A stretch of 64,000 bases of DNA. Source: Octopus vulgaris (taxonomy: Eukaryota). The translations under genes and the position numbers were made by a program. Below the pieces are notes generated by a model. That model was not told the origin of the DNA. It worked only from the letters and a program-made list of their open reading frames with translations, and did no database searches. The stretch is from NCBI GenBank assembly GCA_951406725.2, contig OX597817.1, forward strand, positions 125,798,001 through 125,862,000, written 5' to 3'. How positions within the stretch are numbered: the stretch's first letter is position 1; the number at the start of each line of letters is the position of its first letter. Shown here piece by piece: positions 28,041 through 42,961 of this stretch.

Positions 28041-29058
28041 GTTCTCAATATTTAAGGAAGCTGACAAATACAAACAAGAAATCATACCACCTAACAAATA
28101 TGGAGAAGAAGAAGAAGATGAAGAAACAACAAAAGCTATTAAACAAATGAAATCCAAACTAAAACTAGAACAGCAACGAACCATGATCAAACGATGGCAA
28201 GAAAAGCCCTTCATGGCAAATACTGGACTAAACTAAATGCAAAAGAAATAGACAAAGAAAAATCCCAGCAATGGTTGAGAAGCTCAGGACTCAAAGCAGA
28301 GACAGAGGGATTTTTAATTGCAGCACAAGACCAAAGACTCCCCAGCAGAAATTACCAAAAACATGTAATGAAAAGAAATATAACAAGTAACTGCAGAATA
28401 TATGGAGATGAACAAGATACAATAAATCATATTATCTCTGGCTGCCCAGTCCTGGCTAAGAAGGAATATATTCACAGACACGACAGAGTTGGGACCTACA
28501 TACACTGGAAGCTATGCCATCATTATGGAATAACAACAGAAAAAAGATGATATGAGCACATACCAGAAAAGGTCACAGAAAACGAGAAAGCAACCATACT
28601 CTGGGATATTCCAATACACACTGATAGAGAAATTAAGGCCAACAGACCAGATATAGTTGTCAGAGGTCACGAAGAAAAAAATGCTTTCTAATTGATGTAT
28701 CAATACCAGCAGATGACAACGTGTCTCTAAAAGAAATGGAGAAACTTTCAAAATACAAAGACCTGGAAATAGAGGTAATCAGAATGTGGAATCTAAAAAC
28801 AGAAACAATTCCTATCATAGTAGGTGCATTAGGCATGATAAAAAAATATTCAGACAAATACATAACAAAAACACCAGGACTTACAAACACATATAACATA
28901 CAGAAAATTGCACTACTAGGCACTGCACACATCCTACACAGAACACTTTCAATACAGTAACCATCAGAGCATCACAACAAACACAGCACATACCCAAGGC
29001 ACACAGAGCTGCGCTCGGTAGTGAAGTGAAAGCACGCTATAAAGATAAAACTACTGAA
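28041..29058 (+). mobile_element. R4/Dong-type LINE, second (younger) subfamily, 5'-truncated
   Basis: GLKAETEGFLIAAQDQ, CRI....DTINHIISGC, YIHRHD, KANRPDIV, EKLSKYKDLEIE, IPIIVGALG; (AAT)n on both sides. Confidence 0.92.
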
Positions 29059-30594
29059 TAATAATAATAGCAAATAATAATAAGTCGGCCAGCATACACA
29101 ACACACAATACAAACACGAATACCAGAAAAAAACTGCAACCAGACCCATAATCAAACTCTCGCAATACAATACTGGAAAGGGTTTGCACTCCCTCAACGA
29201 CAAAAGAGAAGACACAATCCTGCTCACACCCAAGCAACGCAGAGGTGTAGAAGGTGAGGGAGTAGAAATTCGTCCGAAATTACTAAATATTGAATAATAA
29301 TAATGATAATAGTTTGAGAAATCCGACATGTCTACCTTCTCTCATCGTACGATACAACTGTGAGAACGATATTGAAGAACAAGTGTGTAACCTCCCACGC
29401 TAATCAAAGTCACTAGTTGTACGGCTTCTTGGTTTAAGGGACGTAAGAACCATGCTCGACAACGAAGAACCCCTTACAACAATAGAAGAAATATACTTTT
29501 GTCGATGCAACAGGCATTTTCTTTGCCTGCTAATGCTATAGTAAGACATCCTAATTATTTCCTTTAATAATTAAAGGGTTAAAATTTATGCGGTATAGCT
29601 ATTACCATTAATGTCATCTAACCGATATTTGTCATCAATATTGAAATTTATTGAGCTTTCGGTTAGCAGGAAGCAGGGTCCCCGCATTAAATGTGTCATA
29701 TTTTGAAGATATATATTTTCTTTCTATTCATTTCTGATTATATGAATTCTAGCATATTTATACCCCACTATTATCTATCCGATCAATTATTCAACACACG
29801 AAGATGCTACAAGTGCGTTGTAAAACTGTTAATCAACAGAGATTCTAAGTTTTGTGATTTGAAATAGCTCTACTTGGGCAGTTTTAAATCATAAAACAGC
29901 AAGGAAAAGCGGGTAACCGCAACATGGCCAGTAGATTGATATATTTACACAGTCGCTCGGACTGCTATAAATGAAAAATAGCAGAGTCTGTTCGAATCAG
30001 AACTTCGTACATTTGCATTTTGGCCATTGTTTGTGTGTATACTGAACAAGATCTAGGAGAAAGTATATTAGCTGAGAGATAAGGAAAATGGGAGGGAATA
30101 GCACACGCATGCAGTGGAATTTCTTTTATTTACTGGTTATTGTTGTATAATATGAACCTCAAGTTAATTCTAATCGAGCAAAATTATAAAGCAGTATATC
30201 ATCTCATTGGCGTTTCTTATATTGAAAACTACAGATAGTGAGTGGGAAGTGGAAAGTTTATCACCTACTTCTAGTCGGTTGAAGAGCAATGTAGAAGCTC
30301 CCGTGTTGGTACTTTGTATTGATAGTTATCTGGATTAATGGTCCAAACTAATTCAAACACTCTCATTGTGTACTACAATGTCGAATACCTTTTTTTATCG
30401 TGTATTTGAGTGGGATTTGTCTTTTATTTTATTCTTTTTATATTTTCTGCATTACGCTTTACACGTTAAGGATTTGGTGACCTTTGCCATTATTGTCAGT
30501 TTTTCTATGTATAATTTCTTCGTTGTTACTGTTGCATAGCGCTAGATCAGCTCGGATCGACTAGGTGTGACCAACAAATATGTTTTCCCAAGAA

Positions 30595-31020
30595 TACTCC
30601 TTTCGACTATAGGCTCAAGGCCTGCAATTTTGGGGGAGAGGACTAGTCGAACACATGGACCCCAGTTTTTTATTGGTACTTAATTTATCGACCCCGAAAG
30701 AATAAAAGGCAAAGCCAATCTCGCCGAAATACTGCGAAGCATTTCGTCCAGCACGCCAACGATTCTGCCTGCTCACCGCCCTTGTTTTCTCAATAATAAT
30801 AATGGCTTCAAGTTTTGCAACAAGGGCAGCAGTTTTGGGGGAGAGAATGAGTCGATTACATCGCTCCCAATGTTCAACTGGTACTTATTTTATCGACTTC
30901 GAAACGATGAAAGACAAAGTCGACCTTGGTGTGATTTGAACTCAGAACGTAGCGCCGGGCGAAATACCACTAGCATTCCGTCCTGCACACAAACGATTCT
31001 GTCAGCTCACTGGCTTTGTT
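30595..31020 (-). mobile_element. Two tandem SINE family B copies
   Basis: Two blocks GTCGA..ACAT.G..CCCA...GGTACTTA.TTTATCGAC..CGAAA...AAAG.CAAAG, ending GCTCACCGCC (~30780) and GCTCACTGGC (~31014). Confidence 0.8.
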
Positions 31021-33705
31021 TTCCCGTTAATAATAATAATGAGATATCCTTACCTAGCCGAAAACCGTATTGAATAACCTGTCATATGTTGAGAAATAGC
31101 ATAGAAGGTCTTACGACAGTTTGAACTCACGACAGTCTGAACTTACGACACTTTCCCCATCTCCTATCTGGGATGTACTCATCTCTCTTTGTGTGTCCTT
31201 TAGCAATTGCATATAGATTGCTTGATGTAGATTTCACTAAACTGATGTTAGAATCTCTTCCTTAAATTCCATTTCACGTTAATTTTCACTACTTATTTTA
31301 TCATTACGTTTTCGCTTTGAGATTCGTCGTACTAAGGACAAATTCTGCCTATTTTAATTATTTAGCTATCATAACATAAGATTTTTGTTAACTTCCACGT
31401 GATGAAATTTAGTTCTTTTTTATTCTCAGAACGTTCTTATATTCAGTTAAGTTTATATTTTCCTTGGGGTAGTTTTGCTTCGCTTTTAATATTCGATAAT
31501 TTTAAGGCGTCCTGGGATTTGGTTTTGTGTTCTTTCACTATTTTATTCGTTGTGATTGAAGTTGACCTATTTTCTCAATTCAAGTTAACAGTGTTTTGTG
31601 TTCATACCTATCCTTGTGTTGTTATCTTAATTGTTTGCTTTTGAACTTTTATTTATACCTTTTATATGACTGTCGTTTAGCTGTGACGCATATTTCTAGG
31701 GTGTATTCGATTACATCGATGCCCAGCAATTTACATGCATGGAAAACGTCCTAATACAACTTTTATTCAAAACTGTATCAATGTTAATACTCAGTTGAAA
31801 TATCTTGGCCACCTTTTATACAAATGAATCAATTTCTAATGGTTTTCTTTATTGTCAAAACTTTAGAGAAATAAACTGAGTAATAAAATTAAGAAATTAT
31901 TGGAGGAGAATATTCTGTAGAAGATTTGGATTCTTTGTTTAATGTTTCATCACATATTAAACAATTAAGCTCGTGCATCATTATTGCAAGCTCTAATGAG
32001 ACATGTTAATTTCTATACAGGCATTAAATTACTAAGGTGACAAATTCAAATAAGTTACATTGTTGACATCGGATAAAGCACACAGTTTTTTCATATAATG
32101 CTTAAAAACAAACATCAACTGAATAATTTTAAATATCTTTAGAATATATGCATGTTCATTTCATTCAAAGATCATGATATTGCAAGTTATCTTTTAGTGT
32201 CCAATAATTAGATGAAGGCGTATTTAACAATTTACAGATGAAGAATTTTGAAGTCAATCGTTTATTTATTTCGCTAATTTCAAACTTCTTTCTGTATTTA
32301 TCTTATTTGATAATTATCATTTCAGCATGATGGATATGAAATGACAATTTTACAATGTGTCAAAGAAACAATTTTGCAGTTAAGACATACAAAATGTCAC
32401 ATGATGAACATATCTGATAATAAAACTGGATAGAATATATTTTGATTGCATGTACAATAAAGAAAAAAGTGAGGGTCTTAACAAATTCAGTACAAGCCGC
32501 AAAATATAAAAGAATAACATATTAATGAATATATTTAACAAACTATAACTCGCTTATTTAAAAAGTATTATCCAATTATTCTGCAAATCTTTTATGATAT
32601 GCTTTGCCAAGTTTGATAGTACGGATGTTCAAACAATATTTTCTTCATTAGGTATGTTGCATTCATATTAAATGTTTCATAGATGACAATTAGTCCCATC
32701 GTCATTGAATGGCTGATGTTTTTCCATATAAAATCTAGTTTCATGTATGCAGCCTGTTGATGTTGATTTCTTCTCCATGTTTTTAGTATAGCGTGTTTGA
32801 AAGAATACATTAGCTTTATACAAACACAGACCTCACTTTTAACACAAGCAGTAGTTTTAATGATTATTTTATACGCGCGGTATGAACCGAAATTTAGCCA
32901 AGTCGTTTTATACGTATATGTATGTATGCATGTATATGAGTATGTATGTGTGTGAGTGTGCGTGCGTGTATATATGTATATTTCTTAAAACTTTATAGAT
33001 AAATCATGGCATTCAACGATATTAAATACAGGAACATGCATACATGTGTGTGCGTGAAAAAGCGGCTTTCTTCATCCATTCCCGATCGATTTCTATGCCA
33101 AATACTCGTGATATCAACAATTATATACTATATACTATGTGGCTAGAAAAGTAACTAGGGACGAGGTGAAGAGTCACAGAAACATGTAGAAGAGCATGGT
33201 AATTCACGTTAAATATTTAAATATTTCATATTCTGGCGTTACTTATTTAAGGTGTCTTTTGTATTTTACATCACACTCACATAACGTACTACGTATCACT
33301 TCTGACCTCCTGAGCTGTTATGTACTCTCTGTGATAACATTTCTCATGTAGATTAGTTAAAATTGTTCAGCCGAGTAGATTGCTAATACGCTTACGTACG
33401 TACTCACATTTACACGCGCACAAGTACACACACATATTTATCTTTTCAATATCTTATTCTTCCCTTTCTCTTCATTCTTGGTATTTCCCTATATCTAGTA
33501 TAAAATTTAAGTCCACTGCTATTCCTCTAATCTGTCATATTTTTACTTTACAGACTTTCTGGGTGTTATTGTTTCGTTTAATTTTTCTACGCGAGATTTT
33601 ATATTATCTGGTTGTTTCGTAATCTCTCTCTCGTCTTATTTACGTGTTTTGTATCTATCTGTCTATCAATCTATCAATCAATCAATCTATCTATCTATAG
33701 ATCTA

Positions 33706-33739
<34 letters not shown>

Positions 33740-33863
33740 CATCTCTCTGTCTGTCTATCTATCTGCGTATCTGTCGATCGATCTATGCCTATTTCTCTAA
33801 ACTACTGCTCACATCAAACTAACAGCGGATATTGAAGCGGATATTAAAAAAGATGGTAACAGC

Positions 33864-34030
33864 TGAAGGTCTGTAACTCTTCAATATTCTGTCAAAAACT
33901 TTAGAAACCTACAAAATATGGACGTGGATGTCTTGAAAAAGTCACCCACGATACAGGATGGATCAAACGTCCTGCATGAGGTACAGATGGGGCAGCTGTA
34001 TCAAGCTCCCTCATACTCAAAGGTAAAGCT
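33864..34030 (+). mobile_element. CR1/L2-type LINE 3' fragment
   Basis: GL*LFNILSK, (F)RNLQNMDVDVLK resembles the CR1 C-terminal GP.LFN.LP..LRN....V..FK pattern. Confidence 0.4.
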
Positions 34031-36264
34031 CACGAAGGAGTGGTAATGTAACATCCCCCCACTCTGAAGAAATAAATCAAGGAAGAATGATATGGAGACC
34101 CCATAGGAAAAACATATAGGAGGGTGGATCCAGAAAGTAGAAGGATGAAAAAAGCTTAAAAAGAAACGAAGAAAGAGAATGTATGTTATGTCCCCTTTGA
34201 CCGTAAAGCCATAAAACTGGTTGATGTAGAATCAACAGAAGGGCTCTGAAGTCTGTGATAGAGCTGCTCACTCCGAAGAGTGTGGTGTTCTCCAATTCGC
34301 AAAAGCCTAAAGAAAATTTCCATATGTTTGCATTTGCTGAAAATGTCATGTCTGGAAATCATCAGAGTGGTGGAATTCTTAGATAAAAAACGATATGCAA
34401 TCTTTCAGCTATGCATAACTTGCAACGGACTTTGATCCATTAATATATGAAATGGATTTTTCCATGATTTTCCACTCGATTGTATGTTGCGTTCTGTTGG
34501 GCTTCGAACCCCATAGGTAGCTAGCCAAATTAGTGGCTTTACTTTTGTTCATGTGCCGAAAAGAAGGTAGGTGGTGTCATTTGAAGTCGCCTCCGTATAA
34601 CTTGATGCACGTTTTTTTTTACAGTTAGGTTATCATGTAGCATTAGTGTGCTCACTCCTAATATTTTTAAAAACGATACATCCCATTAATGCAGCCGTTG
34701 CATAATTTTAAGTAGGAAGTATCTGTAATTTCAGAACTGTTTTGTATAGCACTATCATGATCATCTATAAGAATGCAGTAGTTTAAATAAATTGCTTCTT
34801 ATTTACAGTCCATTTGAAGTAGTCTGGTAGAAATTTTAGCTAAAATATACTTTCTCCATTGAGGAATATTTACAATGTAACAGGTTATTTGAAACAAAAC
34901 ACTGAATTATGAGGAGAGAGTGTCAAACAAATTTCTTGTAAAAAAATCTTTGGTTTGATGTGAAGAGAACCATTAATGTTTTCTAATAAATGGCAGTTGT
35001 GTCCATGCACTGTATTGATTTTACTCTTTGAATGATTCTCGGAGGATAGAACTGGTTTTAATTTATTGGAATTTGCGCAATCTTAACTTTGTAAACATGT
35101 ACACATCAGTTGTCATAAATTCATAGACATACATACATACATATAAATATGCATACATTCACACACACCCGCAAATAGACGCATACACACATACACGTTT
35201 ACTTATGCGCCGTTATTCGCAACGGAGTACAACGTGAAAGTTTTTACTAGCCTTTCGCAAATGTTTTCGCTATCTGTATAATTCACAAGCAGATATACAA
35301 ATCTTTTCGGGGTTTCATAACATTTACTTATCGAAACATAGATGATGTGACAGCTGGAGGGGAACAGGACTGCAACAGCACTAGCTTGGAACTCTTTTTC
35401 CCCGCCTTGAAAGAATAAAAAAGTAATTGATACACATACTATGCTAGACTGGGTACGCCTGAGGATTACATTAAGTGTACAAGTATACGCGCGTCCGTGT
35501 GATACGCATCCTTCTAAACTCTAATGTGCATATTTCTGCTAACTGAAAAGCACGATTATTGTCCTTGGATTTAAAGTGGTTAATGTGTCATCTGACATCT
35601 ATATATGTCACTCGATCTAAGTATATGAACATATCCCTTATGATATAATTTTGGGGGTGTTTTCCGTATCTTTATAGATTTATTCCAACTATTTAAGAAT
35701 ACATCCTCCTAATAACATCTGCCACAACTGGTTATCGCCTTCTTTCACATACTGTCCCCATCTATAACATTATATTGGTGCAATCGGAAAATATTTCATT
35801 ATTTTTCCCTAAAAAATGACTCCATTCAAAACATTAGACTTTATTTTTGCTTTTACTCGGCCTGCATGCATACATCCATCCATCCATTCGTCCGTCGTCC
35901 CGTCCAACCATCAAGCCAACAAACTATAGATAGATCCATTCCTTATACCTCTTTCTCAGAGGAATACTAAAAGAACTATTTCGGTATGAATATAGCACTT
36001 TTAAAACTTTGTTTATACTCTACGGATATTATTGTGTTTCCACATGCATATGCAGTAAAAGGAGAAGTACTAATGTATGATAACATTTAGTAGCCGATAC
36101 TCGAAGAGGAGCTTTGGACAGCACACTCTTAGGTTACCATGCACGTTAAACACACACACACAAACACATATTTGCACACACGCACACATACACATCTCTC
36201 ACTATATATATATATATATGTATATTCACACACTCATATATATATATATATATATACAAATGTT

Positions 36265-36597
36265 ATAAAGTATTATAAATTCGGTAAATTTTTTGTTTAA
36301 CACCTGCACGATTTTCATTAAGAAAATAATTTTTTTGCGTGGAATCAAGTACGCTGACCTCCTAATATGCAGCAAATCCCTTATTTTGGTTCAGTAAAAA
36401 GCGGGGCGAGGGGGACCCTCGACCTGGAATCATTAGAATTCTTTTTCTCTTCGTTGAATGAATTCCTGTGTCCTCCTAAAATGCAACAAAACCCTGTTTT
36501 GGGTCCGAAAAACGGGGTGGGGTGAGGTGGATGCCTCGAAAATTTTACCCACTCCCTATTGTTTACAGAAATTTTCCAAGTGTGAATTACATGGTTC

Positions 36598-36610
<13 letters not shown>
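36265..36610. mobile_element. Non-autonomous DNA element, probably Helitron-like
   Basis: GC-richer island between (TA)n tracts with G/C runs; ends in CATTATATATA like other Helitron-type 5' ends; no coding capacity. Confidence 0.35.
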
Positions 36611-36647
<37 letters not shown>

Positions 36648-36649
36648 AG

Positions 36650-36770
36650 CAGGATGACAAATAAGTGGTCATCCATTATGCTAGAGGTAGACCACATATA
36701 GTCAGACCACTAAGAAAAGATTTAGGGTATACCTCTAGTGTAATGGATATCCACTTAATGTCCATCTCTC
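36650..36770. mobile_element. MITE-like inverted repeat (~120 bp)
   Basis: TAAGTGG.CATCCATTA.GCTAGAGGTA (36662-36689) pairs with TACCTCTAG.GTAATGGAT..CCACTTA (36730-36757); TA-repeat flanks. Confidence 0.65.
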
Positions 36771-36896
36771 ATATATGTATGCAATATACTTTTTCTGAAT
36801 CTTCCGATCTTTCAATATGCTAGGCCAATGGTTTTAAATTGATATCAATCAAATTAATATTCAATTTTTCACTCTTATATATATATATATATATAT

Positions 36897-37089
36897 ACTC
36901 TTTACTCTTTTACTTGTTTCAGTCATTTGACCGCCTTTAATCGAGCAACTCGACCCCGGGACTTATTCTTTGTAAGCCCAGTACTTATTTTATCGGTCTC
37001 TTTTTGCCGAACCGCTAAGTGACGGGGACATAAACACACCAGCATCGGTTGTCAAGCTATGCTAGGGGGACAAACACAGACACACACAA

Positions 37090-37141
<52 letters not shown>

Positions 37142-37293
37142 GACGGGCTTCTTTCAGTTTCCGTCTACCAAATCCACTCATAAGGCTTTGGCCGGCCTGA
37201 GGCTATAATAGAAGACACTTGTCCAAGATGCCATGAACCCGGACCCATGTGGTTGGTTAGCAAACTACTTACCCCACAGCCACTCCTACGCCT
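36897..37293 (-). mobile_element. SINE family A, full length
   Basis: Same subfamily as 8955-9361, with two short deletions. Confidence 0.9.
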
Positions 37294-37323
37294 GTAGAGA
37301 ATTAGAGAATGTGACATTTATAT

Positions 37324-37363
<40 letters not shown>

Positions 37364-37607
37364 TCATAGCGTGTATGCATGTAGACAGGTAAAAATTCAC
37401 CGACAAAGTGCTATTTACCTCTTTGCTGTCAAATGAATGGATTAAGTCTCAACAAAACGCACTTTATTGGTCGACTAGTTGAGGTTTATACCAGCGTTTT
37501 AGAAAAAAACTCTTTCGCGCTTAAACTAATTTGTTTTGTGAGAGGGGCGGGAGAAGAAAGTTGAAGGATGTCATATTCTCTGCTCTCTCTCTCTCTCTCT
37601 TTCTATG

Positions 37608-37693
<86 letters not shown>

Positions 37694-39849
37694 ATAACGA
37701 ACCAAGTAAAATTTATTTCTGTAAAATGTTTTTTTTCTTAAACACACAAGATATAGTGTATAAATTTAGGATGTTTTTGAAAGATACTATGTTTTATCAT
37801 CAGAATCTCTATACTTTCTCATACAACAAATAAGTTATTTATTGTAAATCGTTCATCTTTCTTCCCCCGCCACCACAAAAATTAATCTGGTCGCGATAGA
37901 GACTGTTTCTTAAAACGCTGGTACAAAGCTTCACTAATCGAGCAAAAACGTGTGTTTTGTTAAGAAACAAAGATTCCTGTTTCATATTTTTTCGGGAAAT
38001 ATAAGTATTTTTACTTAAATATGCAATAAGGAATTTTCGCATTGTATTTTCTTTTCTGAGAATTTTCGATCGTATTCTTTTGAAAACGAATTATATATTG
38101 CAAGAATAGCTTAGTATCTTTGGATGGTTCTATAAGCGGTTTTTATGTCGTATAAATGATGCTCAAAAAGACAATTTATCGGGACCTCGTACACTTCAAA
38201 TAGGCGATCTTCTTCCAAAAATAATCCAACGACAAAAAAATCTGTACTGAAATGGTAGTGAAATTATAGAGGAAATAGTATCCAAATTCATTGCTATAGA
38301 TGGATTTTTTCGTGCATTCATTATATCCTTTATTAGGAAAACTATCAAAAAGGTTTGGTGTTAACGTAATGGTGTTTCTCATTTAACGAATACAATTCAA
38401 TAATGCCGTAGATAAGTCAAGAGAGAATTTTGTTAATGTGATTTATAAAATAACTAAAAGATAGAGGAACTCAAATATTCAACATTTCTATAGGTGAATA
38501 TTTAGCGTCGCATAATTAAAGATATAATAAATGTACACATGTCTGGTGAATTCTGAAATGATTGGAATTAATGAAACTGCACCCTCTGTCAATATAGACA
38601 CCGTTAAGCTGCTTATGCTATTATCAAAAGAAAGCTTAATCAATTTGTGATGGACCTAATTTGACTAATGATATTTGATACATTGAAAACTAGTTGGAAT
38701 TTACATTCGACAATGACTATCACCTTTAGAAGATGCCGTTATTTATGTCAATCTACAGCAAAGTAAACTTAGAGAAATTACCTGGAATGCAGAAGGTCAT
38801 TACGTTGAAGAAATTGTAAGCATTGGTCGTGCCATTTAAAAGTAAAAGCAATTGTCAATTCATGTCCTCAGCTCACCAAATATCATGCAAAAATCTTTAA
38901 AATACTTTTAAGTGGATGATGCTCATTAATTGTAATTAATCAATGATGAAAGGGGAGATATATAATGGCTATTTAATAGAAGGAATTTCGCTCTTTTAAA
39001 ATGTTGTATCACAAAAGTTATGAGTCATATGGAGAACCGCTAATATCGATCATATGCATTTTTATTAACCCCGTATTAGAGGTGGAGCTAAAAAAACTAA
39101 GTAAAAAAATTAATCCTTTATCCCTGAAGAAAACCTATCTGTTTAATTCTAGAAGTGAATCGACAAAATTTGCTAATGTTTTGTTTGCTGAGAAAATGTG
39201 CCAAGAATATAATCGAACAATGTGAGGAAAACTCTGATTGGATTGAAGTTTCATGTCAGTTATCCCCTGTTAATTTTGTATGCACCTCACTCACTTCTTA
39301 TTTAGATATTAGAATCAGTGCAAAATATTAAAATATTGCCAAGAAGGTTCCCAATTAACTAGATGACTTTCCTGCTTCCAGTTCAAAATCACTCCATCAA
39401 AATTAACGTCACTACTTCTAAAATTAAACAATTCCATTAAGGATGTTGTTGGATGGCGCCGTGAGAGCAATCAAACCTTTTATGGTCCAAGTGATATTTT
39501 TAAAGAGGAGAAATAATTGAAAATACTGGATATAGAATTGTTAGTTTGCAGCTGTTTCCTGCCCGCAATACTACTCTTTTGACTTAAATAGTCTGCTGTA
39601 GGGCTTTTGTTGCAAAATTGCAGCCAAATTTAAGAAGCAATTCCATCAACAATATTTGCTTCTTCACTCGTTTCTATTTATTTGCTTCAGATTTATTTTA
39701 ATATTCGGGAAATTTTTATTCTTTTTCGTAAATGTTTTTTTTACATGTAAACATGATATTAAGTAAATTTTTATTTTAATTACTCACAACACACACACAC
39801 ACACACATATCAATTTAAATACATACACAACCGAAAGAGTCACTAATAG

Positions 39850-41260
39850 TTTCAGGCTTTTATGATACCTGAACAGGTATATTTATAAAATACGCCATGT
39901 ACCTTAAAACAATAATTCAGGTTCTGTTTACGCGTCATACATATTTTAGAAACAAGGACACTGGCCAATAAAAAAATAAGAAAAACTTGGAAAAACCGTG
40001 AAGAAGATTGGTGCAAAAAATAGAATGAGAAAATAAGAAATCAAGAAAAGTAGGATCCTCGTCTTCCCGGACTGCAGAAATCTAAGCACAACTGGTTTAG
40101 AAGAAAATAACAGAAACTATGGCAAAGTCTGCAAGACAGCAATCCAATCCGGAGTGGGTGGTCCCCTCCAATGTGATAAAAGAAACCTTTTCATGTACCT
40201 ACACCTGCTAAAATTTTCAGATCTCGAATTAAGCAGTCTGTTGAAATTGCTGGATCCAAGAAGAATATGATATCTTTCTGCTACGTATGAGTCGCATTTC
40301 TTAGGTCCATTAACATATGGCTTGGATGTCACTTTTTTCCATTTAATTGCTTGTGGTGTGAAGCTATTCCCCACTTAATTGTACGTAGCTGGCTGACTTA
40401 GTTGCATTACTTTTATCGATGTGCCGGAAAAATCATAGGTGGTCTCTTGAAATCGACCTCACATAACCAGATGTAATTCTTCTTTACAATTAGTTTACCT
40501 TAGAGCGTAGTTGTAACTTCAACCTCGTATATGATGGAGTTAATTGTACATGCCTCTCGTGTGTAAGATTCATGGTCTCGATAGTCACATGTGGGCGTGG
40601 TCTCTTCGTGATCTTTACGAGTTATAACGTTCTTCATATTGGGGCAGCAGCTGTATGATATTCTTTTTCTTAGCGCCTATAAAATGTGTTCCTGTATTTA
40701 TGATCTATTGGAAAATGTTAATCTAAAAGTGACAGTACTTTCTTGCATACGTTAGTCGTAACATTAATGGAGAAAGGAGGAGCGAGCCAAATAATTTTCC
40801 TAGGTCTATTTTTTTATCTATTGTAAAGATTTACATTTTAATTAAAGAGTTGTAATATATATTTTCCTTTATTTGCTGTTAACGAGGGCATTGGTATAGT
40901 AGGAGACTACCTTATTAGATATTCATCTTGAAGAAGATAAATTTGATATCCTGTTACTAATGCTAGCTATAAGATTTTCAATGACTATTAATAATGCTAG
41001 ACAGATCTATTTATATATGTATGAGAGCTTCTCCTTTGGCTTATGATACGGCTTATAAGAATAGAAGTTCAAATCTAGGGAAACATCTAAACAATCAACT
41101 TCGGACAAATTAGTAGTAAGTCTGATTTTGAGGCCTAAGTGACTAAAGGTATCAATTATATTTTTCCTAAATTTGTCAAGTGCGTGACCATCACAGCCAT
41201 GAGATACTCCTAACCCATCATCTCAATGTAGACCAGCATAATGGAATGGGAACTTGGATC
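39850..41260 (-). mobile_element. Penelope-like retroelement, decayed (RT C-terminus plus GIY-YIG endonuclease)
   Basis: Minus translation: GLH*DDGLG (YRDD, ~41204-41234), [56 protein letters not shown]...NYIWL (GIY-YIG), IKWKKVTSKPYVNGPKKC..AE..LLNSRSE..SRCRY..RFLL. Confidence 0.9.
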
Positions 41261-42094
41261 TCAGTGTAATATAAAATATGCTACTGCAGATGTATGCACT
41301 AACATATTTTCAGTTATTTTGTCGTAAACCATTTGCATGTAGTGATCTTTCTGCAATCAAGGAGGACGAGAATCTTAGTTTTTTTGTTCAAGTATCAAAA
41401 AGTAATGAAACTACTAGTAGTTCTTTCGGTTGTGTATTTAAATATATATTTATCCCTCCCCGGATGGAGTATTTTTCGTCTATTTTACTTCTATTGCATC
41501 ATTAAGCTAAATATATCTACCTACCTACCTACCTACATACATACATACATACATACATACATACATACACGTATCTATTAAAGACGGAAACAAAGACTCT
41601 ACTATCAATTAGGAATTTATTAGTACTGCAAAAGCATACAGAATGGGAACTAATCAATGTGACTTGTGTATAGAAGAATTTTACCAACATTTTTACATGT
41701 AAGGGTAATATAAAATATTCTAGACAGGAACTTTTGAGATGTCTGCTCATGGAGAAATTTACCGTTGCTCAATAGAAATGAGTAATAAATATTTAAACAA
41801 GATAATGTTTTAAAATAATTTGCTGTAAGTGATTTTTCAATCAGAACTAGAACTGAAAATGGTTCGGGTCTAAATTAACGAACAACTCTAAATCAGACAA
41901 CGCAGAGTAGATAAACAAAAATTTTAAACAGTTAACTGAAAAGATTTTTAAGTGACAACCCTGAAGAAACTGCACCGGTATTATAAATGCAACGGTTATT
42001 AATCAATGCAGTGGAAACATGTGTAGGTCTATTTGAAGCTGTATATATATAAAATAGAACTAAAAGTAATGCTATGCCACTTCGTAATAATCCT

Positions 42095-42120
42095 TATTAT
42101 TATTATTATTATTAATATTA

Positions 42121-42203
<83 letters not shown>

Positions 42204-42204
42204 G
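42095..42204. repeat. (ATT)n microsatellite
   Basis: Direct reading. Confidence 0.95.
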
Positions 42205-42900
42205 ATATGCATATATATATATATATATGTAGATATATATAAATCAGTCTGCTTCAACTCCATGTGACTTAAAGCTTCGCAAGTTTCTAACGGGAATCTT
42301 TATCGTTCAGATTACTGAATGACGAAATACAGGTAGACAAAGATAACTACTGAAGGCAAGTTACCTCAACACTGAGTACCCAACAACCAAGAACAGGGTT
42401 GCTAACTATCAATGCCTTCGCTGACCGCAGACGACCCCAGACAATTTGAATCACTTGTAACCACCTACGTGTACAATTGCTTCTATAATGTGTATACGCA
42501 AACGCACACATGTACACATCTATGTACACGCATACATAAATATCTATTTACACACACATACACATACGCACATACACGAATCACGTGGTTCAAGAAATTC
42601 TCTTTTCTAATGCCTGTAACATCACTGGATTCCCGATCAAACCTCTACCAATACAATATGACCCGCCTTGAACAAAAGGAGCTCATTTTCTAGTACCAAC
42701 CTTGGTCTTACTGTATATCTTAATTGGGTAATCTGAGTTTGAATGCACGTAGCCGAATCAAACTGTTTTAGATAATAATGTAACGTCTCTATATTGACTG
42801 CCTTTCTTTTTAGATTGTCCCCTCTGTTTTATACATACACACATACATATATTATATGTATATACATAGTACATACATGCATAAATGCACACACACACAT

Positions 42901-42961
<61 letters not shown>

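Noticed and set aside
32320-32810. Possible exons or a 72-aa ORF in unique AT-rich DNA
   Set aside because: No recognisable domain and no consistent splice-site pair
38540-39660. Protein-like short frames (e.g. NNSIKDVVGWRRESNQTFYGPSDIFKE)
   Set aside because: Interrupted by stops and not assignable to any family by eye; a translated search would be needed
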